Source of the DNA: Candidatus Levybacteria bacterium RIFCSPHIGHO2_02_FULL_40_18
GTDB taxonomy: Bacteria > Patescibacteriota > Microgenomatia > Levybacterales > GWA1-39-11
Reading direction: 5' to 3'
Length of the DNA stretch: 64,000 nt
NCBI GenBank assembly: GCA_001782235.1
Contig: MFOC01000007.1
Coordinates: 315,909-379,908 of the forward strand
The translations under genes and the position numbers were made by a program. Below the pieces are notes generated by a model. That model saw nothing but the letters and a program-made list of their open reading frames with translations. It searched no databases and was not told where the DNA came from. Positions 27,283 through 37,000 of this stretch are shown here, piece by piece (position 1 is the first letter of the stretch; each line of letters starts with the position of its first letter).

Positions 27283-28377
27283 TCAGTCGAAGTAGAGGTC
27301 GGGAAGGGCGGTGATTTTGTGCCAGTCGACTGGTTTGTAATTTAGGAGGGCATAGGCGCCGATCATGGCGGCATTGTCTGTAGCGTAAGTTTTTGCAGGA
27401 GCGGAAATCTTAGCCGTTGGCAGTTGGCTTTTGGCTGTTAGCTCGAACTGTTGGCGGAGGGTTTGGTTTGCGGATACGCCGCCACCAAGAAGAATATTGT
27501 TAATTTTGTACAATTTTGCTGCTCGAATAGTTTTTTTGATCAACACAGCAAAAATTGCCTCTTGTAAAGCATGGCAAACCTCATTAATTAACCTTTCGGT
27601 TAAATGTTTTTTAACAATAAATCTTGATATTTCAGTCTTTAGTCCTGAAAACGAAAAATCAAAATCCTCGGTATTAATTAATGGACTATGAAATTTGGCT
27701 GTTGGTTGTTGGTTGTTAGCTCGGCGCTCGATTTCGGGACCGGCCGGATAAGATAGGCCAAGAATTCGGCCGACTTTGTCGAGTGCTTCTCCTGCCGCGT
27801 CGTCTCGAGTCCCGCCAAGCCATTTGAATTTAGATGCTGATTCGAACAACAACAAATCAGTATGGCCTCCGGAGACAATAAGGCCGATGAAGGGGAACAT
27901 TTTTCCAGTATTCAGTATTGAGTATTCAGTATTGAGTATAAAATTAGCAAAGAGGTGTGCGAGGAGATGATGAACGGGAATTATTGGCTTGTCGAATGCA
28001 AAAGATAGGGTTTTTGCTGTTTCGACTCCAACGAGAAGTGAACCTATTAAACCGGGGCCACTGGTGACGGCAATGGCGTCGATAGACTTTTTAAGTATTT
28101 CATTTGCTCGTTCGAACTGTTTCGAATTGTTCAATTGTTTGATTGCTTCATTGTTGATCCCTTCGGAATTAAGAAGTGCGCGGACAATAACCGGAATTAT
28201 TGCTTTGATTTGTTCGCGGGCTGCGAATTCCGGAATTATTCCGCCAGTTTTGGCATGGAGACTTGAAGAGGTGGCGGTAACATTTGATAAAACCCTTACG
28301 AATTGTTCGTTGTCTTTTTTTTCAACTACAGCCGCCCCCGTTTCATCACAGCTAGTCTCAAGACTTAGTATTATCAT
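27283..28377 (-). CDS. tsaD: tRNA N6-adenosine threonylcarbamoyltransferase
   Basis: MIILSLETSCDETGAAVV, HHLLAH, SGGHT and DFSFSGLKT, all Kae1/TsaD hallmarks. The start is taken at MIILSL; the track ORF extends further upstream. Confidence 0.88.
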   Translation of the reverse strand: MIILSLETSCDETGAAVVEKKDNEQFVRVLSNVTATSSSLHAKTGGIIPEFAAREQIKAIIPVIVRALLNSEGINNEAIKQLNNSKQFERANEILKKSIDAIAVTSGPGLIGSLLVGVETAKTLSFAFDKPIIPVHHLLAHLFANFILNTEYSILNTGKMFPFIGLIVSGGHTDLLLFESASKFKWLGGTRDDAAGEALDKVGRILGLSYPAGPEIERRANNQQPTAKFHSPLINTEDFDFSFSGLKTEISRFIVKKHLTERLINEVCHALQEAIFAVLIKKTIRAAKLYKINNILLGGGVSANQTLRQQFELTAKSQLPTAKISAPAKTYATDNAAMIGAYALLNYKPVDWHKITALPDLYFD

Positions 28378-28610
28378 AAATTGTTTCGCCTGCCCCGTAT
28401 AAGCGTCCTCGCGACGCGAGGACGAAGACCTCGGGAGTAAGTAAGCTTTGTGCGGGGTCACAAGAGGTCTCAATAGCCAAAACTCTCATTGAAATAAAGA
28501 AATTGGTTGTAAGAAATTGGAAAATGGTTATGGAAACTAGATATTGGAAATTGGTTTGTTTTAAAAAACTATTTTCTATTTTCCTATAACTATTTTCTAT
28601 CTTCTCTTTG

Positions 28611-29081
28611 CTATATTCCCTTGAAAGTAATCTTGATGCCTTTTTTAATTCCCAATTTCTTAACCTGTCCGGCGTTTAATTCCAAAACTCGATTTACGGG
28701 TACGTCAGGAATGTAAATAGTTAAATTTGGAGTCTGGGCGCCTGGCGAGGCATTTTCGACGATATAAACGACCATATCGTCATCAATAAATATAATATCT
28801 ATGGGAAACTTCATGTCTCTCATCCAAAAGCCGTATGTCCCCTTTTTTTCAAAAATAAATAACATTCCCTGGTCTTCCGGTAAATTATTCCTTCCCGAGA
28901 GCCCCTTCGTTCTATCTTTGTCAGATTTTGCAAGAATCAGGCTTATCTTTTTGTTATTGACTTGCGCCTCGGCGCCCCCTTTAAACGGAATTAAAGATGG
29001 CAGATTTCCTCCGGCTTTAAAAACTGCAAGGAGAATAACTGCAATTATAAGTGCCACATAAACTATAATTAATTTCTTCAT
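28611..29081 (-). CDS. DUF192 domain protein
   Basis: Signal/TM N-terminus plus the DUF192 core (GMLFIF...GFWMRDMKFPIDIIFID). Confidence 0.65.
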   Translation of the reverse strand: MKKLIIVYVALIIAVILLAVFKAGGNLPSLIPFKGGAEAQVNNKKISLILAKSDKDRTKGLSGRNNLPEDQGMLFIFEKKGTYGFWMRDMKFPIDIIFIDDDMVVYIVENASPGAQTPNLTIYIPDVPVNRVLELNAGQVKKLGIKKGIKITFKGI

Positions 29082-29551
29082 ATTTTTTCTTCCAGTCTTG
29101 TTGTAGAGTAATTTTTAATCCTTGAAATTACTTCAACAAGGTTGCCGCCGACCATCTTAGCGTATCTTTTTTTAAGATTCGAAAGCGCATCGGTTTTTGT
29201 GACTGCAATTATATCAGGTTGGAGCGTTTTTACAAGTTCTTCATAGTCTTGATCGCGTCTAAAGTAGGGAAGAAGAATAACATAATCAACCATAATAAAT
29301 CTTGATAGCACAAAAGCTCTGTCTTCCTGTGTGTTGACCGGTCTATTTTTGCCTTTAATTTCCCTTGTCTTTAAATCACTCTCCAAGAGCGCAATTAAAA
29401 TATCTCCCTCTTTTTTTGCTGCTTCAAGAAACTCAACATGGCCTTTATGGATTAAATCAAATATTCCACCAACCAACACAATCCTTTGTCCCTGGTGTTT
29501 TATTTTTTTTATTGTCCTCGCTGCTTGTTCGACCGTAATTATTTTCCCCAT
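29078..29551 (-). CDS. cytidylyl/adenylyl-transferase-like nucleotidyltransferase (HldE domain II/RfaE-like)
   Basis: HxGH motif in GGIFDLIHKGHVEFL and the overall ~150-aa size of cytidylyltransferase-family enzymes. Confidence 0.6.
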   Translation of the reverse strand: MGKIITVEQAARTIKKIKHQGQRIVLVGGIFDLIHKGHVEFLEAAKKEGDILIALLESDLKTREIKGKNRPVNTQEDRAFVLSRFIMVDYVILLPYFRRDQDYEELVKTLQPDIIAVTKTDALSNLKKRYAKMVGGNLVEVISRIKNYSTTRLEEKI

Positions 29552-29584
29552 ATTCTTAAAGTCCTAAATTCTAATATCTAAATC

Positions 29585-29735
29585 ATAGTTAATAAGAAAT
29601 TGGTTGTTGGAAATAAGAAAATGGTAATAGAAATTAGATATTAGAAATTGGTTTTTATTTATTTTTATTTAACTATTGTCTATTTTCTACTTTCCATTAC
29701 TAATTTCCATTTTCCTATAACTATTTTCTAATATA
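29585..29735. repeat. family-A palindromic heptamer-periodic intergenic repeat (~150 bp), copy A3; near-identical inverted copy at 46495-46650, shorter variants at 12030-12150 and 28487-28612
   Basis: The reverse complement of 46502-46648 aligns almost base for base with 29592-29733. Shared blocks are tagaaattgg, aaaatggtaatagaaa, ccattactaatttccattttcc and ataactattttcta. Confidence 0.85.
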
Positions 29736-29739
29736 TTAA

Positions 29740-31161
29740 TTATTCTTTGGTTCCTCGCAAGAAAATCGCCTGCCATGGTCTGTATGAAGAAACGAAAACA
29801 TCGTTAATGACTACTTGTCCGTCTTTTGTGACGGTTCTTGAGAATACGGATTTTCCTCCCGGTGCCGCAAAATCCACTTGTTTCTCAACCCCTTTTGGCA
29901 AATTGGGATCGTCTTGATAAAGAGGGGGCGGAGCAGGTACAACATTTGTTACAACCGGTTGCGTTACCACGACTTTTCTTCCATCAGACTTCCCATAGAT
30001 AGTAAATGTGAGACTCATATTAATAGGGTCAATTAATCCCTGAATTAGTACGTGATTTCCGGTGTCATTTTTAAATTTGAAGTCAACGCTTGGAGCATAC
30101 ACCGTTGCGTCAAATCCGGGCAGAGAGTCTTGTTCGTAGTATCCTACCCGGTACGCATGTGCACGTCTTTCCGTAATTGGCAGGCCCGAGTTTAAAATTG
30201 CCCGAAATAAAGTTGTGGAAACCTGGCAAACTCCGCCTCCGTCTCCAAGCACGGTTCTCCCGTTCTGGATAACATATGCCTCCTTATACCCCGTGAATTT
30301 TGAGACATCGCCAAGAGCTTTATTAAATGAGAATTCTTCACCCGGAGCAATAAGTACTCCATTGATTCGTGATGTTGCTAAGTTTATGTTATAAAATCTA
30401 TTTGCAATTGACCCCACAAAAATAGATTTACCGGCACCAATATCCTCAACTATCCCTAAATTATTTGCCTCCTCTGTTGTCACATCAGGTTTTAAGATTT
30501 TAATTGGGACTTCAATCGCTATGGTTTTTATGTCTCTTTCTCTTATAATTTCTTTGATCCTTTTTCTTAGCTCTTTCTTCACAGCATCAATGTCAATAGT
30601 TTTTCCTTCACTTGATTCCTGGAATGCTACGACCCTGTTATTCTCCACTTTAAATTGAGCATCTTGGGGATCCACGTGAATTACTTTTCGGATTGGTTCA
30701 AGTTCCGCGGTAAGTTTTTCCTCATCAAGTGTATAAGTTGAGGAGAGAAAAGTGCCATTAATATAGGAAGAAAGCGTTATGTAGGTATCGCTGAAAAGAT
30801 TTTTTGTTTTTCCAAGGCTAAGCGCCTGTTCTGTTATTAGGTTGATGTCATATCCGATGTCAAGTTTTTTGGCCGAGACTGTCGCGACATATGAATCTTG
30901 AGAAAAAATAAAAGTGTTCTCCCCAATTTTCTGATTCTTCGCAAGAAAGATTTTCTCAATGTCGGCGCGGGATTTTTCTCCGATATAAACATTATCGATA
31001 AAGATGCCCGGAATGACCCTGTTTTTAAAGGTATGTTGAAAATAAAAAAGAATAAGAGAAGAAAGCACCATGCTCGCCAAAATAAATCCTATCAAAAACC
31101 AATAAGACGATTTTGCGACATGGTAAATCGTTTGTTTTTTACGGGGTGAAAGTCTTAGCAT
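29740..31161 (-). CDS. VanW-family protein
   Basis: N-terminal TM helix and the VanW core motif (GGGVCQVSTTLFRAILNSGLPITERRAHAY). Confidence 0.75.
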   Translation of the reverse strand: MLRLSPRKKQTIYHVAKSSYWFLIGFILASMVLSSLILFYFQHTFKNRVIPGIFIDNVYIGEKSRADIEKIFLAKNQKIGENTFIFSQDSYVATVSAKKLDIGYDINLITEQALSLGKTKNLFSDTYITLSSYINGTFLSSTYTLDEEKLTAELEPIRKVIHVDPQDAQFKVENNRVVAFQESSEGKTIDIDAVKKELRKRIKEIIRERDIKTIAIEVPIKILKPDVTTEEANNLGIVEDIGAGKSIFVGSIANRFYNINLATSRINGVLIAPGEEFSFNKALGDVSKFTGYKEAYVIQNGRTVLGDGGGVCQVSTTLFRAILNSGLPITERRAHAYRVGYYEQDSLPGFDATVYAPSVDFKFKNDTGNHVLIQGLIDPINMSLTFTIYGKSDGRKVVVTQPVVTNVVPAPPPLYQDDPNLPKGVEKQVDFAAPGGKSVFSRTVTKDGQVVINDVFVSSYRPWQAIFLRGTKE

Positions 31162-31204
31162 TGTTGGCTTTTTGAAATCAACATATTATACTATATGAGA
31201 GTTT

Positions 31205-32590
31205 ATGGATGACAGTCAAAACCCGCAATCCCAGGTTTTAGAACCCACTCCCGAATTGGATAGTCAAAATACGGGGTCAGGTATAAAAAAGATAATCAGC
31301 TTAATAATTGGGCTCGTTTTAATTGTCGCTCTCGTAATTGTAGCTATCATTTTTATACTCCCTCGTTTTAAAGGCGGCGAGCCACGCGAAGCAGAACTTG
31401 TTTACTGGGGTGTCTGGGAGGATTCTCAGGCATTCCGAGAGATAGCGGATGAGTTTATGAAAGCACATCCCAATATTAAAATAAAATATGAAAAACAAGA
31501 TATTAAAGGTTTGGGAAAGTATGTTGACCGACTTTCAACAAGAATAGCAAATGGAACTGGCCCTGATATTTTTCGCTTTCACAACAGTTGGGCGACTCAA
31601 GTTAGGTCTCTTCTCTTACCATTCCCAAGTGACGTAGTAAATTCTCTTGAAATGGATAAGTTTTATAAGGTTATTCAAGAGGATCTTAAAATTAGCGGTG
31701 CATATTATGGCGTTCCTATTCAATTTGACACTCTTGCCCTCTTTGTAAATGTTCAAAGTTTTGCTGCGGCGGGCATTAACGAATATCCGTCAACATGGGA
31801 TGATCTTCTAGATGCCGCTCGCAAACTTACCGTCAAAGACGCTTCCGGCAGACTAGTTTCTTCAGGAGTTGCTCTTGGTACATACGATAATATTGCCCAT
31901 GCATCTGATATTATTTCTTTGCTTCTAATTCAGAATGGAGCAAACCTTAAGGATCTTAACGGCGAATCAAAACTGAATGCATTTGACACATTGGATTTCT
32001 ATACATCTTTTGCTCGGGGAGACGCAAAAGTTTGGGATGACACACTTGAGAATTCAAAGCTTGCCTTCGCAAAAGGAAAGTTGGCTATGTATTTTGGATA
32101 TTCATGGGACATATTAGACATCAAGGCATTAAATCCAAACCTTGAGTTTGCGGTTGTGCCGGTTCCTCATCTTCCATCACGTAATGCTACGATAGCAAGC
32201 TATTGGGTGGAGGGGGTGTCAAATAAAACGGAATTCGCAAGGGAAGCATTTGAATTTATAAAATTCTTGGCAAGTCGGCAGACCATGGAGAAACTTTACA
32301 GTAAAGAATCAAAAGTTAGATTATTTGGGGAGCTTTATCCAAGAACCGATATGGCAGATCTTCTAAAAGCAAATACGTTAATTTATCCCTTCGTGGAACA
32401 AGGTAAAATTGCGACCTCAACCATTTTTTCTTCCGATACCTATGATGATGCTATGGTTGATTCGCTAAATTCTTATTTTGGCAATGCTATAAGGTCTATG
32501 ATTAACCAAAACGCTTCCCCTCAAAGCGCCGTTGAGACGTTGGCAAGCGGCGTGGCTCAGGTTTTGGGCAGATATGAAGAACAACAGTAG
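31205..32590 (+). CDS. ABC transporter extracellular solute-binding protein (family 1, sugar-type)
   Basis: N-terminal TM/signal helix and SBP_bac_1-like sequence (LVYWGVWED..., GTGPDIFRFHNSWAT). Confidence 0.7.
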   Translation: MDDSQNPQSQVLEPTPELDSQNTGSGIKKIISLIIGLVLIVALVIVAIIFILPRFKGGEPREAELVYWGVWEDSQAFREIADEFMKAHPNIKIKYEKQDIKGLGKYVDRLSTRIANGTGPDIFRFHNSWATQVRSLLLPFPSDVVNSLEMDKFYKVIQEDLKISGAYYGVPIQFDTLALFVNVQSFAAAGINEYPSTWDDLLDAARKLTVKDASGRLVSSGVALGTYDNIAHASDIISLLLIQNGANLKDLNGESKLNAFDTLDFYTSFARGDAKVWDDTLENSKLAFAKGKLAMYFGYSWDILDIKALNPNLEFAVVPVPHLPSRNATIASYWVEGVSNKTEFAREAFEFIKFLASRQTMEKLYSKESKVRLFGELYPRTDMADLLKANTLIYPFVEQGKIATSTIFSSDTYDDAMVDSLNSYFGNAIRSMINQNASPQSAVETLASGVAQVLGRYEEQQ

Positions 32591-33488
32591 AATTTATCGT
32601 TCAATAATTAAAACGCTTTTATATTCGGATGTTTTTGATTATCCGTTGCGAAAAAGAGAGCTTTGGAAGTTTCTAAATATTCGCGGCCGAGTTAATAAAG
32701 ATTTGTTCAATAAAAATCTTGATGAAATGGTGCAATCAAGGCAGATTAAAATGAAAGACGGATATTATTTTTTAACGGGTAGAGGAAATGTAATATTTAC
32801 AAGGCTAGAAAGAACAAGAATAAGTAGAGACAAGATGGAAATAGCAAACAAAGCCGCAAGAATCCTGTCCTATATACCTACAATAAAATTAATTGGCATC
32901 TCGGGCAGTCTTTCTCTAAAAAACGCTTCGCTACAAGATGATATAGATTTTTTTATTATTGCAAAGCCTGATACTCTCTGGATCACAAGATTTTTAGTAA
33001 ATGTTCTATTGATTATAACTTCCCATAAGAGATCAATTCGAGATTCGCAAGGAATGAACTTGATTTGTCCAAACCTATTTCTTTCAGAATCCGAACTTTC
33101 AATGTCCATAGTGCGCCGCAATTTATTTTCTGCCCGAGAAATCGCCCAGCTATATGTTTTGTTTGAGCGGGACAGAACATATAAAAAATTTCTATCAGCT
33201 AATTTTTGGATAAAGAACTTTTTGCCAAATATTAAGATCCCAAAGAAAAAATATATTCATAAAAATGACAGAAGCATTTTGGGCTTTCTGGATAAGATTT
33301 TTTATGCTCTTCAGTTTTTGTATATGAGTAATAGAATAACGGCTGAGGAGATAAGGCGGAACGCAGCGTATTTTCATCCTAAAAATAAAGGAGAAATTAT
33401 TCTTAAGATCTATAAGCTGAGATATGAAAAGTATTTGAAAAATATACTCCAGGATATTGACAATAAATCACCTTTCCTGTATATATAA
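32574..33488 (+). CDS. predicted nucleotidyltransferase (Pol-beta superfamily NTase motif)
   Basis: GISGSLSLKNASLQDDIDFFI matches the G[GS]x9-13 D-x-D NTase motif. Start set at MKNNS (32574) just before the upstream stop. Confidence 0.45.
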   Translation: MKNNSRIYRSIIKTLLYSDVFDYPLRKRELWKFLNIRGRVNKDLFNKNLDEMVQSRQIKMKDGYYFLTGRGNVIFTRLERTRISRDKMEIANKAARILSYIPTIKLIGISGSLSLKNASLQDDIDFFIIAKPDTLWITRFLVNVLLIITSHKRSIRDSQGMNLICPNLFLSESELSMSIVRRNLFSAREIAQLYVLFERDRTYKKFLSANFWIKNFLPNIKIPKKKYIHKNDRSILGFLDKIFYALQFLYMSNRITAEEIRRNAAYFHPKNKGEIILKIYKLRYEKYLKNILQDIDNKSPFLYI

Positions 33489-33560
33489 GCTGGTAAATTA
33501 AATTACAAATTCCCCAAGAAACTGCGTCTTGGGGTTACTTGTAAAAAGGGTCAAAAAATT

Positions 33561-34034
33561 ATGGATGCAAAAAGTGTTTACGTGACACGCGACGGTCTTC
33601 ACGAGTTGAAAACTGAACTCGAAGAATTGAACCGGGTTAAACGCCCTGAGGTTCTTGAGAGAGTATCTCAGGCAAGATCCATGGGAGATTTGGCGGAGAA
33701 TTCGGAGTACACGGCGGCCCGGGAAGAACTATCTCTTATCGATGGCAGAATTGAAGAGCTAAGCGAGATAATTAAACGTGCAAGCTTAATTGAAGGAAGC
33801 CATAAAGGAGGCAAAAAAGCAATGGTTCAGCTAGGATCGGTAGTTACTCTCTCGGTAAATGGAAAGAAGGAAGAATTCAATTTGGTTGGCGAATGGGAGG
33901 CGGATCCTAAGGCCAAAAAAATCTCCCATGAATCTCCTCTTGGCAAGGCATTGATAGGTAAGTCAATCGGTGAAAAAGTTGAAGTAGAAGCCCCAGCAGG
34001 AAAAGTAGTCTATACAGTCGTCTCCATTCATTAA
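33561..34034 (+). CDS. greA: transcription elongation factor GreA
   Basis: Coiled-coil N-terminus with the acidic tip (ARSMGDLAENSEYTAAREE) and an FKBP-like C-terminal domain. Confidence 0.88.
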   Translation: MDAKSVYVTRDGLHELKTELEELNRVKRPEVLERVSQARSMGDLAENSEYTAAREELSLIDGRIEELSEIIKRASLIEGSHKGGKKAMVQLGSVVTLSVNGKKEEFNLVGEWEADPKAKKISHESPLGKALIGKSIGEKVEVEAPAGKVVYTVVSIH

Positions 34035-34121
34035 TCTTTGTTAAAATCTTAACAAAACCCCCAAAAAATCTAAAATCTTCTTAAAAATTGACACGCTCTT
34101 TAGGGCTGCTACAATATATAA

Positions 34122-34742
34122 ATGATCGATTACAGCATCGAGCTTGCCCATGTCTACGCAGATGAATCAATAAGGGATGAACAGATTAGGTCGCTTGTGG
34201 AAGGGGCAAGAATAATAAAGGAATTAAGCACAAGCTCTAAAAGCTTTTCAGTTTCTATTTTAATAGATGATTATAGCGTTCCCACTTTTACAGTTGATAC
34301 GAATAGATTAATTGATTTGGCAAAAAGTCATGGCATCTTAATTGACTTCATTGTAAAAGAAGCAAGGTTGAGCGCGGTAGCAGACCTTTTTTTGAAAGAA
34401 ATAAACCCTGGTGTATTGAGCACAGAAGAATTTCCCAAAGCAGGAAAACACAGCCTTGTTCTAACAAACAAAGGAGAGAAAATCGGCATCAGGGATTATT
34501 TCAGTGGTCATCAAAAAAACACATGCGCATCTCTTATTGCCGTATGGCAGCTTGCAAGACTTGGAGTTTATGAATTGGAAAAGGAGACCTTCATTAAACG
34601 TTCTGAAAAGCCTTTCTCGGCAGCAAGAACAATAACTGTATTACCTGAAAAGTACAGAGAAAGCGAAAATAAAGCAACTATTATCCTAAAGAACAGTAAT
34701 TTTGCTCATTTAGTTGACAAAATTGAACATGTTTTCTTTTAA
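34122..34742 (+). CDS. hypothetical protein
   Basis: 206-aa ORF with no recognisable motif. Confidence 0.4.
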   Translation: MIDYSIELAHVYADESIRDEQIRSLVEGARIIKELSTSSKSFSVSILIDDYSVPTFTVDTNRLIDLAKSHGILIDFIVKEARLSAVADLFLKEINPGVLSTEEFPKAGKHSLVLTNKGEKIGIRDYFSGHQKNTCASLIAVWQLARLGVYELEKETFIKRSEKPFSAARTITVLPEKYRESENKATIILKNSNFAHLVDKIEHVFF

Positions 34743-34777
34743 GGAAACGTTGCTTTTGCCAATGCTGCTATGCTACC

Positions 34778-35461
34778 ATGACAATAGAAATGGAATCTAT
34801 GGCTGGAGAGGGCGGAATGACAAATATATCAGTTGTTTCAGGTGCATCAATTTCGCCAAATGAAAGAACAAAATTTATGGATGGAGTTATGGAGGTCGAA
34901 CATAATTCTTGGCCACCAGAACTCGTGGGGCCAAGATGGAAATATGAGTCTAGACTAGAAATATTTCCAGATGGGTTTTTTTCCGCAGTGGAAGATGGTA
35001 AAACGAGGGGTTTTACTATCTCAGAGATTATGAATTACGACCCTGATTCCAAAAAAAGCTGGAATGAATTAACTGACAATGGTACTTTTAAGACTACCCA
35101 TAATCCCGAAGGCGATTCCTTATACGTTTCAACGGTTGTAGTTGCAAAAGATGCACAGGGTAAAGGAATAGGGGGGGAACTTGTTGATGTTCAAAAAGAA
35201 CTTGTAAAAAGGTTGCGTCTCAAGCGTCTATTTTTAGGTGCAAGAGCGCCAGGGTACGATAAATATTGCAGAGAAAACGGAGAAGTAACTGTAGAGGATT
35301 ATATAAAATTGAAAAATGAAAAAGATGAGCCTTTTGATCCTGAAATTAGATTTTATTCAAGACAAGGTTTACGACCAACAAAAGCGATTCCGGATTTTGA
35401 ACCCGACGATGCGAGCAGAAATTACGGCGTTGTAATGGTTTGGGATAATGCTTCGATGTAA
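34778..35461 (+). CDS. GNAT-family N-acetyltransferase
   Basis: Acetyl-CoA-binding motif (VSTVVVAKDAQGKGIGGELV). Confidence 0.65.
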   Translation: MTIEMESMAGEGGMTNISVVSGASISPNERTKFMDGVMEVEHNSWPPELVGPRWKYESRLEIFPDGFFSAVEDGKTRGFTISEIMNYDPDSKKSWNELTDNGTFKTTHNPEGDSLYVSTVVVAKDAQGKGIGGELVDVQKELVKRLRLKRLFLGARAPGYDKYCRENGEVTVEDYIKLKNEKDEPFDPEIRFYSRQGLRPTKAIPDFEPDDASRNYGVVMVWDNASM

Positions 35462-35518
35462 ACTCCCTAGCACTCATCTTCCGGTGTAATTTTCCTCAAA
35501 TTAAGCTATAATTACCTC

Positions 35519-37000
35519 ATGTTTTGGGCGGATAAAATACTTGAAGATCAAAAGGGAAAGCAATTAATTAATGACTCATGGACTCCGTCTGGAATAGTGC
35601 ATATGGGCTCCTTAAAAGGCCCTGTAATTCACGATACTTTGTTTCGAATCCTCAAGGAAAAAGGCACAGATGTAAAGTTCATGTATGGATTCGATGATTT
35701 TGATCCTATCGATGGATTACCGGCAGATCTTGCTGAATTCCACAGTAAATATCTCGGCGTTCCAATATCAATTGCTCCTTCGCCAGATGGCAATGGATCT
35801 TTTGGGGATTATTTTGGAAACAAAATGAAAAAGTTGCTTGATAAACTTGGCATTGAAGCTGAGATGTATAAAACAAGCGAGCTTTACAGTGGGGGGAAAT
35901 TCAATGATGCAATAATTTATGTTCTTGACCACGCCCAGGAAATAAGAGATGTCTACGGGAAAATCTATAAAAAAGAAATTGGGAAAGACTGGCATCCTCT
36001 TCAGGTCATTTGCCCAAATTGTGGGAAATTAGGAACAACTCGCGTCACTTCTTGGGATGGAAAAGAAGTATCTTTTTCATGCGAGGAAGATCTAGTCGAA
36101 TGGGCAAAAGGTTGTAGAATAAAAGGCAAACTTGATCCATTGAATGGAAATAGCAAGATGCTATGGAAAGTTGAATGGGCTGCAAAATGGTGGACCTTTG
36201 GTGTAACTATTGAGGGCGCGGGTAAAGATCATGCGTCAGCAGGCGGTTCATATGATGTAGCATTGCAGCTTGCTTCTGATGTGTTTAAAATTAAAAGACC
36301 ATTACAGTTTGGCTATGAGTTTTTCCTAGTAGGCGGAAAGAAAATGTCCTCATCAAAAGGAATTGGATTGACAGGGGAAGAATTACTAGAAGTTTTAACA
36401 CCTCAGGTCGCGCGTTTTTTGATGATTAAAACAAGGCCGGAACAAGCAGTCGAATTTGATCCAAGAAGTCCTGACATAATTCCAAGACTTTACGATGACT
36501 ACCAAATAGCTGCTAACAGTAAGGATGACTTTCATAGAGCATTTATGTTGTCGCAAACAGGGGGAGCTGAGAAAGTTCCCGAATTAAGATTCTGGTCATT
36601 GTCTCAATGGATCCAGTTCCCAGACATGGAGAGTGAGATTAAGAGTGAAGGATTGGAAAATTGGTCCTCTTATGCCAAAACCTGGGTAGAAAAGTATGCA
36701 CCAGGCGACATTAAATTTTCTATCCAGGAGAGCATTCCAGAGCAAGCCAGGAGTTTAACACAAAAACAAAAGGAGTTTTTAGGTAAAAAGTTGTTGCCGG
36801 AAATTGACAACGCAAAAGATCCAGAGGTATATCAAAGAAATATCTATGAATGGGCAAAGGAGTATGGTTTATCATCAGCTGAAGCATTTGAAGCAATATA
36901 TAAATCACTAATAGGAAAAGATCATGGTCCCAAAGCTGCTTGGTTAATATTTAAGTATAAGGATATAGCTAAAAAGAGATTCCAGGAAATTGCTTCTTGA
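35519..37000 (+). CDS. lysK: lysine--tRNA ligase, class I
   Basis: Class I HIGH-type motif (TPSGIVHMGSLKG) and KMSKS (GGKKMSSSKG), with the LysK-type Zn-binding CxxC (CPNCGK). Confidence 0.75.
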   Translation: MFWADKILEDQKGKQLINDSWTPSGIVHMGSLKGPVIHDTLFRILKEKGTDVKFMYGFDDFDPIDGLPADLAEFHSKYLGVPISIAPSPDGNGSFGDYFGNKMKKLLDKLGIEAEMYKTSELYSGGKFNDAIIYVLDHAQEIRDVYGKIYKKEIGKDWHPLQVICPNCGKLGTTRVTSWDGKEVSFSCEEDLVEWAKGCRIKGKLDPLNGNSKMLWKVEWAAKWWTFGVTIEGAGKDHASAGGSYDVALQLASDVFKIKRPLQFGYEFFLVGGKKMSSSKGIGLTGEELLEVLTPQVARFLMIKTRPEQAVEFDPRSPDIIPRLYDDYQIAANSKDDFHRAFMLSQTGGAEKVPELRFWSLSQWIQFPDMESEIKSEGLENWSSYAKTWVEKYAPGDIKFSIQESIPEQARSLTQKQKEFLGKKLLPEIDNAKDPEVYQRNIYEWAKEYGLSSAEAFEAIYKSLIGKDHGPKAAWLIFKYKDIAKKRFQEIAS

